NCBI GenBank assembly: GCA_963699755.1
Contig: CAVOVB010000001.1
Span: forward strand, 544,001-608,000
DNA: 64,000 nt
Source: an uncultured delta proteobacterium
GTDB taxonomy: Bacteria > Myxococcota_A > Polyangia > Polyangiales > Houyiibacteriaceae
Direction: 5' to 3'
Shown here: in pieces, positions 30,980-39,542 of the stretch
Numbering within the stretch: position 1 is the first letter of the stretch
Layout of the letters: the number at the start of each line of letters is the position of its first letter
The notes under the pieces: generated by a model
Seen by the model: the letters and a program-made list of their open reading frames with translations, nothing else
Told to the model about the DNA's origin: nothing
Databases searched by the model: none
Position numbers and translations under genes: made by a program

Positions 30980-31432
30980 CTAGCGGCCCAGCTGCTTCTT
31001 CGCGTCTGCCTTAGCGTCCGCCGCAGCGGCCTCGGTATCCGCCTTCGCATCAGCAGCGGCTGCTTTGGCGTCCGCAGCTGCTTTGGCGGCTGCTTCCTTG
31101 GTGTCCGCGGCAGCTCCCTTGACGGCATCCTTGGCATCGGCGGCAGCGTCCTTGGTGCCTTCGACGACCTTCACTCCGGCTTCCTTGGCGGCCTCGACGG
31201 CTTTTTCGCCGGCTTCCTTGGCGGCCTCTGCGGCATCAGCGGCGGCTTCCTTTGCGTCCTCGGCAGCTTCGCCGGCCTTTTCAGCGGCTTCGTCGGCAGC
31301 TTCGCTGGCTTCGTGGGCCGCGTGGTCTGCCGCTGCCGCTGCCTTGTCGGCGGCGTCTTCGGCTTTCTTGCAAGCCGTCATGGCCCCGCATAGCGAGAGC
31401 ACCAGGCTCAATCGAAAAATGTTCTTGGTCAT
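30980..31432 (-). CDS. Ala/Lys/Asp/Glu-rich repetitive lipoprotein (LEA-like)
   Basis: SD GGAGA; lipobox-like AMTA-C; 11-residue periodic repeats. Confidence 0.8.
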   Translation of the reverse strand: MTKNIFRLSLVLSLCGAMTACKKAEDAADKAAAAADHAAHEASEAADEAAEKAGEAAEDAKEAAADAAEAAKEAGEKAVEAAKEAGVKVVEGTKDAAADAKDAVKGAAADTKEAAAKAAADAKAAAADAKADTEAAAADAKADAKKQLGR

Positions 31433-31804
31433 AGCGATTCTCTCCGTTGATGGCGCGGGGCTCGCCACTACACCCGAACTCCCCGCTTGAAGCGTCGCAG
31501 GTAGCGGCTTCGTCCCACCGCGTCAAACACGAGACGTACACGGACGCACCTCATGCTCAGACAGCGCTCGATGGTCGCCGCTTGCATCAACAGGCGAGTC
31601 GGGAGCGTAACGTGTTGCAAGCACAGAGGAAGGCGATTTCCTTGGCGATCGCGCATTTTCCGTTGATAAGAGATTACTGCAGCCGTAGTGTTGGCCTCTC
31701 TCCAATTGTCATTTTGTGTCAACAAGGCGGCCCACCCGGTTTGATCGCTTCGTAACAAGACGTTCTTCTCGCCCATGGCTCATCCTGCTACTGCTTCGAC
31801 GACC

Positions 31805-34105
31805 ATGAAGCGAATCAGGGTGGGCATCGCGGGTTTGCTTCTTCTGGTCGCGATGACCGGATGCGCGCAAGCAACGACGGCCGAGCAGATCCAGCTCGAC
31901 GCGCAACCCGAAGCACGAGACGTCGAACACGTCGGCCGCTTGACCGACGGGAGGCGCGCACTTGGAGGCAGCCCGTGGGACTCGGAGACGGCAGCCCTCT
32001 TCCGCGGAACACGCGCATACGTGACGTTCGACCTAGGCAAGACGACAGCGATCGAGGCCGCGTACCTCCAAGGGGACAACAACGATCGGTTTATCCTCGA
32101 AACCTCGGAGGATGGCGCGCGGTTCGCGACGCTCTGGGAGGTACCCGCCGTGGGCCCGCAGGGGCTTCGCGCCCGCTGGGCCGCTGGGCTCGGCGGAAGC
32201 GGCCGCTTCGTGCGGCTGAGCGCCATCGGTGGGGACCCATGGGTGAGCGTCAGCGAGATTCAACTTTTCTCGGCGACGCCGGCGGTCTGGCCGCCGAAGA
32301 TCCCCCTGCGAACGGAGCTGCGCTCGTCACTTTGGGCGCGACTCGCGATCTTGTTGTTCGGGGTGATCGCGACCCTGGCGGTGGTCTTCCACCGTCGGGA
32401 CTCTCGGAGGCTGCTATCGAACATCCTCTGGGTGGCGACCGTCGTTTGCGCAGGGTTTGTCGCCTATCTGATTTCCGCGATCTGGCCGGCGGAGGTCAGC
32501 GTGATCGATGCGTCGCGCGCCATCTGCGCTGCAGTGTCGTGCGCGGTGGTCTTCCGGCTCGGGTTCCGACCCGAGCAGGCGCGAAAACAACTGCTAACCG
32601 GCTTACTTGCCTCCATGGCCTTCGTGTCGATCCTGACCTTCTACAACTTCGGCCACCCGCAGTTCTACGATGTCGCGGCGAAAAAGCCCTCCTACGTCCA
32701 TACCTGGGACCTGCGTGTCTACTTTCCGTTCGTGAAGTACTTCGACGAGCTGGGCTACGACGGAGTCTATCTCGCAAGCGTGAAAGCCTACGCCGACGAC
32801 GAGCTCGGTGGGTCGCTAGACCGCATCCAGGACACCCAGCTTCGCGACCTTCGAGACTACGAAATGCGCGGTGTTTCCGAAGTTGCAGAAGAGATCCACG
32901 GCGTGAAGAACCGCTTCTCGGCCGAGCGGTGGACCGAGTTCAAGCAGGACATGTCCTACTTCTGGAACACGATGGGATCACGGGCCTACTTGGAGAGCCT
33001 GCGCGACCATGGCGGCAACGCCACACCCGCCTGGTTGCTCGTCGCTCACCTGATGTACGGCTCCGCGGATGCGAGCGAAGCGACGTTCCTCTGGGGTGCG
33101 CTCGTGGACCCGCTCCTCCTGCTGATTTTTTTCTTCGTGGCGTGGCGCACCTTTGGCCTGCGAGCGGCGCTCGTCTGCCTGGTCGCCTACGGAGCGACGA
33201 CGATCTATCAGTTTGGCAGCAACTGGGGCGGCTCCACACTCCGAAACGATTGGATGGTCTTGCTAGGGCTCGGCGTGTGCGCGCTCGAGTCACGGCGGCT
33301 GTTTCTTGCGGGGGTGCTCCTCGGCTGGGGCGCTATGATTCGGGCGTTTCCCGTGCTGGCGCTCGTGTTCTTGGCGGCGCCCATCGCTTGGAGGCTGCTG
33401 GTGGTCCATCGGCAACGCCGTGAAGAACCGAACGCCGACGCGCGTCCGTTCGAGCAATTGTTTCCGCTATTCAAAGTCGCGGCCGGGGTTGCCGTGGTGG
33501 TCGTGGCGCTCGGAGCCTTGTCTGCCGGCAAGTTCGGAATCGAGGAGTCCTGGGGCGCCTGGTCCCAGAAGATCTCGATGCACGCGACCAGACCCAACAT
33601 CAATCACATCGGGCTCACCGCCTCGCTCAGCTACGAGCCCGACAACCTTTGGGGCAACCTCCGCGCGCGAGGCATCGACCCGGAGCAGTGGGGACCGCTG
33701 ACGGCGCAAACGATGAAAGACCGACGATGGCTCATCGTCACCGGCATGCTGTTCTACACCTTGCTCGCGGTATTCGCTTGCCGGAGATCGAGACTCTCGG
33801 ACGCAGCCGTGATCGGCACCATGATGATCCCCATCTATTTCTACCCGGCGAACTACTACCTACACATCCTCTTCATCTGGCCGCTGCTTCTCGCCGCGAG
33901 GACCGGGCCGAATGGGAGTCGGGATTGGTCACTGATCGCGGCAGCGGTACTCGGATTCTGCTCACTTCAGTGGTTTGGTTGGCTCATACCGGGCCGTTAC
34001 GGGCAGTTCACGCTCTGGAGCGGAATGCTCCTCGGCCTGATCGCTGTCCTGCTCGTCATCGCAATCGCTGCGAGCAGGAGGTCACTTATTTCCGAAACTG
34101 CTTGA
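31805..34105 (+). CDS. Membrane protein with a discoidin (F5/8 type C)-like domain and a GT-C/GT87-like polytopic domain
   Basis: Signal ending AMTGC; VTFDLG...SEDGARF...GRFVRLS...VSEIQLF; many TM helices; ELGYDGVY, DHGGNATPAW. Start could be 31775 or 31805. Confidence 0.65.
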   Translation: MKRIRVGIAGLLLLVAMTGCAQATTAEQIQLDAQPEARDVEHVGRLTDGRRALGGSPWDSETAALFRGTRAYVTFDLGKTTAIEAAYLQGDNNDRFILETSEDGARFATLWEVPAVGPQGLRARWAAGLGGSGRFVRLSAIGGDPWVSVSEIQLFSATPAVWPPKIPLRTELRSSLWARLAILLFGVIATLAVVFHRRDSRRLLSNILWVATVVCAGFVAYLISAIWPAEVSVIDASRAICAAVSCAVVFRLGFRPEQARKQLLTGLLASMAFVSILTFYNFGHPQFYDVAAKKPSYVHTWDLRVYFPFVKYFDELGYDGVYLASVKAYADDELGGSLDRIQDTQLRDLRDYEMRGVSEVAEEIHGVKNRFSAERWTEFKQDMSYFWNTMGSRAYLESLRDHGGNATPAWLLVAHLMYGSADASEATFLWGALVDPLLLLIFFFVAWRTFGLRAALVCLVAYGATTIYQFGSNWGGSTLRNDWMVLLGLGVCALESRRLFLAGVLLGWGAMIRAFPVLALVFLAAPIAWRLLVVHRQRREEPNADARPFEQLFPLFKVAAGVAVVVVALGALSAGKFGIEESWGAWSQKISMHATRPNINHIGLTASLSYEPDNLWGNLRARGIDPEQWGPLTAQTMKDRRWLIVTGMLFYTLLAVFACRRSRLSDAAVIGTMMIPIYFYPANYYLHILFIWPLLLAARTGPNGSRDWSLIAAAVLGFCSLQWFGWLIPGRYGQFTLWSGMLLGLIAVLLVIAIAASRRSLISETA

Positions 34106-34859
34106 AGTCGGGCGAGCGCCTCTCCATGAATGCGGAGAATGCTTCCATGTTGGCTACCGAGCCCATCAGCTCGGCGAAACCGTCCATTTCGAGCTTCCGC
34201 GCGAGCGCGACCTTGTCGTCGTGCATCGCCTTCATGATGCGTTTGATCGCCACCAGCGAGTCGATCGGCCACTGCGCCATCTCGCGGGCCTTTTCGATCG
34301 CCTTCGGCAAGAGCTCGTCATCTGCGAATACCTGGGTTGCGATGCCATACTCAAGCGCCTTGTCTGCCCCGAAGAGCTCGGCGGTGAACAAGAGCTCGGC
34401 GGCCTGCTTGGGGCCGATCGTGGCCGGACCCAGGTACGCGGCAGCAGCTTCGGTGACGAGCCCGAGGCTGACGAATGGGAAGCGCAACTTCGCACTCTGC
34501 CCGAGGTAGACGACGTCGGCATGAAAGAGCACGGTCGCGCCGAAACCAATCGCGCATCCCTTCGCGGCACAAACCAACGGCTTATCGAACGCGCAGATCG
34601 AGTCCATCATCAGCTCGAACGGCGGCTCCTGGTCCCGGTTCATGTCGATCGCGGAGAGATCGAGCCCCGAGCTGAAATCCTCGCCTGCGCCAGTGAGCAA
34701 GACCACAGCAACCCGCGGGTTCTCCATCGCTTCAGCAAACGCATCCCGAAGCGCAAGGAACGCCTCCGAGTCGAAAGCGTTCCGTCGTTCGGGGCGGTTC
34801 ATGGTCAGCGTGAGAACACCCTCGTCGTCGAGATGGGTCAAGACCTTTGCGTCGGACAT
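34086..34859 (-). CDS. Enoyl-CoA hydratase/isomerase family protein
   Basis: MNRPERRNAF, FSSGLDL, KPLVCAAKGCAIGFG, PFVSLGLVTE. Confidence 0.9.
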   Translation of the reverse strand: MSDAKVLTHLDDEGVLTLTMNRPERRNAFDSEAFLALRDAFAEAMENPRVAVVLLTGAGEDFSSGLDLSAIDMNRDQEPPFELMMDSICAFDKPLVCAAKGCAIGFGATVLFHADVVYLGQSAKLRFPFVSLGLVTEAAAAYLGPATIGPKQAAELLFTAELFGADKALEYGIATQVFADDELLPKAIEKAREMAQWPIDSLVAIKRIMKAMHDDKVALARKLEMDGFAELMGSVANMEAFSAFMERRSPDFKQFRK

Positions 34860-34931
34860 GGGAGCTCAGTAGCACATTCGCGGACGAATCGCGGCGCGAC
34901 CGAATGCGTCAGCGACTGTGTTGCGCGACTG

Positions 34932-35573
34932 CTAAAAAGCCCGTCCCCCGTTCTCCCGCATCAGCATCAGCAAGTTCTTCAAGATCACCGGGCGCACCTC
35001 CCCGCTCTCGAGCGTTCCCGCATGCAGCAAATGGACCGGCCGAAAGACGTGTGACGCGCCGATGAGCTCGCCATCTTGACTCCAGGCGGTGGCCCCGAAC
35101 TCGGAGCTGAGCTCGGATGCGGGGAAGCGGTCTCCCGCTGGGAGCGCGAGACGGAACTTCGTCGGCAGCCCCGCGAATAGCCCCTCGTTCGCCGAGCCGA
35201 TATCGACCAAACGGCCGTCGACCCGGTCCTCCGAGACGTCAGCGCGCTTGGAGCCGAAGAATTCGGCGACGGGCAGGACGGCCGATCCAACCGCCAGGAC
35301 TGTTGCACCATTCCAGCACAGTTGGTGCGTCCATTCTCGCAGACGCTCGGCTCGCGTGGCGCCGGGTCGCGTCGCGATCACCGCGAGACCGCCTGGATCG
35401 GAGAGCACGCTCGAAGAGGAGAGCAGAGGCGCCTCGGCCACGTCAAAACCGTGGACACGAAGGTCGACCGCGAGCTGGAACGCCGAGCCGTCATGCACGA
35501 CGGTCGCCTTTCGCTCTCGTGCTCTGATTCGGGAATGTCTGTCCTGGGCTTGTTTTCTATCTGTTCGTGCCAT
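34932..35573 (-). CDS. Degenerate class I glutamine amidotransferase (TrpG/PabA-like) lacking the catalytic motifs
   Basis: Keeps GLFAGLP, TAWSQDGELIG.SH and ILKNLL. The GVCLG position reads AVGSA, and the RYHS and FHPES motifs are absent. SD GGAG lies 8 nt upstream. Confidence 0.65.
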   Translation of the reverse strand: MARTDRKQAQDRHSRIRARERKATVVHDGSAFQLAVDLRVHGFDVAEAPLLSSSSVLSDPGGLAVIATRPGATRAERLREWTHQLCWNGATVLAVGSAVLPVAEFFGSKRADVSEDRVDGRLVDIGSANEGLFAGLPTKFRLALPAGDRFPASELSSEFGATAWSQDGELIGASHVFRPVHLLHAGTLESGEVRPVILKNLLMLMRENGGRAF

Positions 35574-35620
35574 CGTTTGGGCTCCCAGCCCCTCTCACGA
35601 CAGCCTCAGATGGTTAAATC

Positions 35621-35645
35621 AAAAAGGCCGCCCTGAGAGGCGGCC
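35621..35645 (-). terminator. Attenuator terminator
   Basis: GGCCGCC-TCTCAG-GGCGGCC-TTTTTGATTT, between the leader peptide and the 35573 gene. Confidence 0.85.
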
Positions 35646-35672
35646 CTTGAGCGACAACGCGCGCAGGCCACC

Positions 35673-35720
35673 TCAGTCGGTGAACCAAAAAAAGTAGCGG
35701 TTGTCGCGGTAGGTATTCAT
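35673..35720 (-). CDS. Attenuation leader peptide MNTYRDNRYFFWFTD (Tyr/Phe/Trp control codons)
   Basis: ATG AAT ACC TAC CGC GAC AAC CGC TAC TTT TTT TGG TTC ACC GAC TGA: five consecutive aromatic codons. The stop codon overlaps the 5' arm of the antiterminator. Confidence 0.8.
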   Translation of the reverse strand: MNTYRDNRYFFWFTD

Positions 35721-35730
35721 CTCTGGGGTG

Positions 35731-35758
35731 ATTTTACGGCAGTTGACGGAGGCGTCAA
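35731..35758 (-). promoter_or_regulatory. Sigma70-type promoter of the attenuated unit
   Basis: TTGACG-N16-TAAAAT, 10 nt before the leader ATG. Confidence 0.7.
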
Positions 35759-36609
35759 GCACCCGACCAGCGGCCCGCGGAAACTAGTGGAAACTCAGCC
35801 GCATTACCTAGAAAGACGTACGTCCATGCGAGCACTGGTCCGCCGGACGTCGCGGCGGTGATGAGGGAACGTCGGTAGAGCGAGCCATCGATGTCATAGC
35901 CCGTGAAGTCCTCATAAGAGTCGAGCTCTTCGAGCGTCGCCGTGATGTCGTCGACTCCGTAGAGCTCCCCGTGAACCGTGCCGGAGTCGCTGAGCACGAG
36001 CCCTGGGTACCAGTCGATCTGAACGAGCGTTGCATTGGCCACGCGAGCGGCGCCGTGCGTGCGTCTGACTCTGGGTGCCAACAAATCATGGCTACGCTCG
36101 CCCTTCATCAGAGTGCCGTAGGTGAAGATCGTATCGGGTTGCGGCGAAGCTGCGATCCCATCGGCTGCAGCCAGGAATCCATCGTGCCGATGCCCAAACC
36201 TCGATAAGCCACGCGTGACGATCTTCCGATACTCCGCCCCGGGGGGCACGAACGGCCCCAATCGCTCCTCGCAAACGCAGTAGGTCCTCGCCGAGTGAGC
36301 ACGCCCGTCTTCGGTCAACGCCGTGACGGAAACGCGGCGGTAGTAGCCCCCAGACACGCCTTCCTTCGCGTCGAGGCCATCCCAATCATGGACGCGAAAG
36401 AGAGCGCCCGGAATCGCGGCGCCGAGCCGCGGACGAACATCGAGAGCCCCTCCTTTTCGAAGGCGTGACCGATAGTGAAAGACCAGCTCGTGATCGGGGA
36501 GCCAAGCGGGCCCGAGCGCTTCGATCGAGCTCGGGTCGTAACCTTCCTTGGCGCACCAGAGGTTCCAGTTCTCGGAGTCGAGATTGGAACCGTAGGCGAA
36601 GTAGAGCAT
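35755..36609 (-). CDS. Tandem gamma-glutamylcyclotransferase (AIG2-like) domain protein
   Basis: MLYFAYGSNL...LDAKEG..YYRR and IFTYGTLMKG...LDSYE...LYRR; start at ATG 36609. Confidence 0.85.
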   Translation of the reverse strand: MLYFAYGSNLDSENWNLWCAKEGYDPSSIEALGPAWLPDHELVFHYRSRLRKGGALDVRPRLGAAIPGALFRVHDWDGLDAKEGVSGGYYRRVSVTALTEDGRAHSARTYCVCEERLGPFVPPGAEYRKIVTRGLSRFGHRHDGFLAAADGIAASPQPDTIFTYGTLMKGERSHDLLAPRVRRTHGAARVANATLVQIDWYPGLVLSDSGTVHGELYGVDDITATLEELDSYEDFTGYDIDGSLYRRSLITAATSGGPVLAWTYVFLGNAAEFPLVSAGRWSGA

Positions 36610-36686
36610 GCCGCAGTGTAGCACCGGCGCAGATGCCAACGCTGGCACTGGCACTGTCGCTGTCCCTGACATAGGCTCGGCCCGCA

Positions 36687-37304
36687 ATGGCGCGAGACCT
36701 CTCAGGGCGATGCGGAAGCTGCGGTTGGTACATCCGCAAACGCGAAGAGCCCGACGGGTCATGGGTCGGCGATTGCCGACTTGGACAGGGCCGCTGGCCG
36801 CTCAACGACATGGCGACCTGTTCGAGTCACAAGTCCAAAGACATTCCCTGGGACCAGGCCCTCAAGCGAAAACCGGCGGCGGGCACGCCCCGGCACTATC
36901 GGGATGAGCCGGCGCCGAAACCGCGGCCGATCATTCCTTCAGAGATTGGAATCGACATGGATCAAGAAACCTTTCGACAAGTGCTGCGCGAAGTTCTTCT
37001 CGACGAGCTCGGTATTCGCGAGGTCGAGCTGGGCGATCGCTGGAACGATGGCGAGCTGGTGCTCGTTCCCGGCAAAGAGGGAACCCAAGAAAAGCGGATC
37101 CCCTTGGACGTCTTCTTCAAGAAGATAGTAATGGTCCGCGACAAGCTCCGCGTTCTCGAACAAAAGGTGAACGGCAACAAGAACCTGAGCGACGAAGAGA
37201 AGGTCCAGCTTCAGCAATACATCACCGGCTGCTATGGATCGCTGACGACCTTCAACGTGCTGTTCAAGAGGAAAGAGGACCAGTTCGCTGGTCAGAAGAA
37301 GTAG
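36687..37304 (+). CDS. Hypothetical protein with an N-terminal Cys cluster
   Basis: CGSC...C...C; the C-terminal part (FFKKIVMVRDKLRVLEQKVN...YITGCYGSLTTFNVLF) looks protein-like; typical codon usage. Confidence 0.75.
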   Translation: MARDLSGRCGSCGWYIRKREEPDGSWVGDCRLGQGRWPLNDMATCSSHKSKDIPWDQALKRKPAAGTPRHYRDEPAPKPRPIIPSEIGIDMDQETFRQVLREVLLDELGIREVELGDRWNDGELVLVPGKEGTQEKRIPLDVFFKKIVMVRDKLRVLEQKVNGNKNLSDEEKVQLQQYITGCYGSLTTFNVLFKRKEDQFAGQKK

Positions 37305-37367
37305 TCCGGGAAGGGTCAAACGAACGAGCCGGTCTCCCATCTTGCGATTGACGCGCGACGCGAGCGC

Positions 37368-37832
37368 CTAGATCATCCCCAGCTCGAGCCTCGCCGCCTC
37401 GGTCATCCGATCCGGCGTCCAGGGTGGGTCCCAGACGAGCTCGACGTGCGACGTCGACACTCCTTCTACGCGACCCGACTTTTCGGCGACCTCCTCTACG
37501 ATTGCGCCGGCCACGGGACAGGCTGGCGCAGTGAGGGTCATGCGGATTTCAGCCCGGCCGTTTTCGTCGACCTCGACGCCGTAGATCAAACCAAGATCGT
37601 AGATGTTGACGGGAATCTCTGGGTCGTAAATCGTTTCCAGCGCTTCGACGATCGCAGCTTCGACGAGCTTCGGATCGATTGGCGTGGCCGGCTTCTCCCC
37701 GCTCCCGCCGAGGGCCTCGGTGATCCGCTCCGTCGGCGGATGGTGCGGCTCGGTCACGGGCAGGAACACGTGGTCCGACGTGCTGCGCGGCTGGATCTTG
37801 TGGATCTTCAAGCGTTCGATGTCGTCGCCCAC
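37368..37832 (-). CDS. sufT: SUF-system Fe-S assembly protein (DUF59/SufT)
   Basis: YDPEIPVNIYDLGLIY, MTLTAPACPVA, VWDPPW; GTG start at 37832 with SD. Confidence 0.88.
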   Translation of the reverse strand: MGDDIERLKIHKIQPRSTSDHVFLPVTEPHHPPTERITEALGGSGEKPATPIDPKLVEAAIVEALETIYDPEIPVNIYDLGLIYGVEVDENGRAEIRMTLTAPACPVAGAIVEEVAEKSGRVEGVSTSHVELVWDPPWTPDRMTEAARLELGMI

Positions 37833-37836
37833 AGTC

Positions 37837-38286
37837 CTACTCCGTCCTTGCTTCGCCACTCTCGTTGCGAAGAGCTTGGTTGAGGGTGTGCCAGCCAAGC
37901 GTCGCGCATTTGACGCGCATTGGGAACTCGCGGACACCGGCGAAGACGGCCAGCTTGCCGAGGTCTTCGACGTCGTCCTCGGAGCTGTCTTCGCTCGTGA
38001 GCATCCTGTGAAACGTCGAAAACAGTGCCTCGGCTTCGGAAACCGTCTTGCCTTTGATCGCCTCTGTCATCGTGGAGCAGGACGCTTGGGAGATGGCGCA
38101 TCCCTGCCCGATGAAACCGACATCGGTAATCGTTTCGCCGTCGAGCTGGAGGCGGAGTGTGATCTTGTCTCCGCAGAGAGGGTTGTAGCCACGTCCTTCT
38201 CGATTGTACGGCTCGGGAAACCTGTGGTTCCGAGGGTTCTTTCCGTGATCGAGGATCACTTCCTGATAGAGCTCACGAAGGTCCAT
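37837..38286 (-). CDS. sufU: SUF-system NifU-family protein
   Basis: LYQEVILDH, NPLCGD, GCAISQAS, RVKCATL. Confidence 0.93.
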   Translation of the reverse strand: MDLRELYQEVILDHGKNPRNHRFPEPYNREGRGYNPLCGDKITLRLQLDGETITDVGFIGQGCAISQASCSTMTEAIKGKTVSEAEALFSTFHRMLTSEDSSEDDVEDLGKLAVFAGVREFPMRVKCATLGWHTLNQALRNESGEARTE

Positions 38287-39542
38287 CAGCCAAATAGCTC
38301 CTGCACTTTGTGAAGTGCGCGGACCAGGACGTCGATGTCGTCTGTCGTGTTGTACATGCCCAGCGAAGCACGCGCGGTCGCGGCGAGGCCGAAGTGCTCC
38401 ATGACCGGCTGCGCGCAGTGGTGCCCGGTGCGAATCGCAACGCCCTCGGAATCGACGATCGTCCCGACGTCATGCGGGTGCGCTGAATCCATCAAGAACG
38501 AAAGGACCGCCCGCTTGCCCGGCGCCGTTCCGATGAAGCGCAGCCCCGGCACCGCCTCGAGCCTTTCGGTCGCGTACCGCAAAACCGCTTCCTCGTGCGT
38601 CTGGACCAATGCCGCGTCAAAGGAAGACAAGTAGTCGATGGCGGCCCCGAGGCCGATCGCGCCAGCGATGTTCGGCGTCCCCGCCTCGAACTTGTAGGGA
38701 AGGTCGTTGTAGATCGTCTCTTCAAAGGTTACCGAGCGAATCATGTCACCGCCGCCCTGATACGGCGGCATCCTGTCCAGGAGCCGTTCCTTGCCGTAGA
38801 GCACGCCAATGCCGGTTGGGCCGTAGAGCTTGTGGCCACTGAAGGCATAGAAGTCGCAGCCGAGCGCCTGCACGTCGACGTCGACGTGCGAAACCGCCTG
38901 CGCCCCGTCGAGCAAAACCAATGCGCCGCGCTCGTGTGCGAGCGCGATCAGCTCGGACACCGGAAGCAAAGTACCGAGGGCGTTCGAAACGTGTGCCATT
39001 GCGACCAAGCGTGTGCGATCGCTGAGCTTGTGCTCGAAAGCCTCTCGCAGTATTTCGCCTCGGTCGGTCATCGGCACGACGACGAGCTTCGCGCCCGTCT
39101 GCTGGCATAGGATCTGCCACGGCACGATGTTCGAGTGGTGCTCGAGCTCGGTCACCAAAACCTCGTCGCCTTCTCGAAGCGAGCTGCGCCCCCAGCTTTG
39201 CGACACGAGGTTGATTCCCTCGGTCGTTCCCCTGGTGAACACGATCTCGGACTTCTTCGCTGCGTTCAAGAAGGCGCGGACTTTCTCGCGCGCATCTTCG
39301 TATCGGAGCGTCGCCCTCTGCGAGAGCAGATGAACCCCTCGGTGGATGTTGGCACAGTCTCTTGCATAGACCTCGTCCACCGCATCGATGACCGATTGCG
39401 GCTTGAGGGAAGTGGCTGCGCTATCGAGATAGACCAAGGGCTTGCCGTGCACATCCTGGTGAAGCGCCGGAAAGTCTTCGCGCACACGCCGAACGTCGAA
39501 CATCACAGGCGCGCAAGCTGTCATGGGCAACACCTCGGTCAC
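38286..39542 (-). CDS. sufS: Cysteine desulfurase SufS
   Basis: YLDSAAT, EHHSN, FSGHK, RTGHHCAQP. Confidence 0.96.
   Translation of the reverse strand: MTEVLPMTACAPVMFDVRRVREDFPALHQDVHGKPLVYLDSAATSLKPQSVIDAVDEVYARDCANIHRGVHLLSQRATLRYEDAREKVRAFLNAAKKSEIVFTRGTTEGINLVSQSWGRSSLREGDEVLVTELEHHSNIVPWQILCQQTGAKLVVVPMTDRGEILREAFEHKLSDRTRLVAMAHVSNALGTLLPVSELIALAHERGALVLLDGAQAVSHVDVDVQALGCDFYAFSGHKLYGPTGIGVLYGKERLLDRMPPYQGGGDMIRSVTFEETIYNDLPYKFEAGTPNIAGAIGLGAAIDYLSSFDAALVQTHEEAVLRYATERLEAVPGLRFIGTAPGKRAVLSFLMDSAHPHDVGTIVDSEGVAIRTGHHCAQPVMEHFGLAATARASLGMYNTTDDIDVLVRALHKVQELFG

Noticed and set aside
31861..33423. 520-aa Arg-rich ORF
   Set aside because: Alternative frame of the membrane protein gene, with R/P/G-rich composition typical of an off-frame read.
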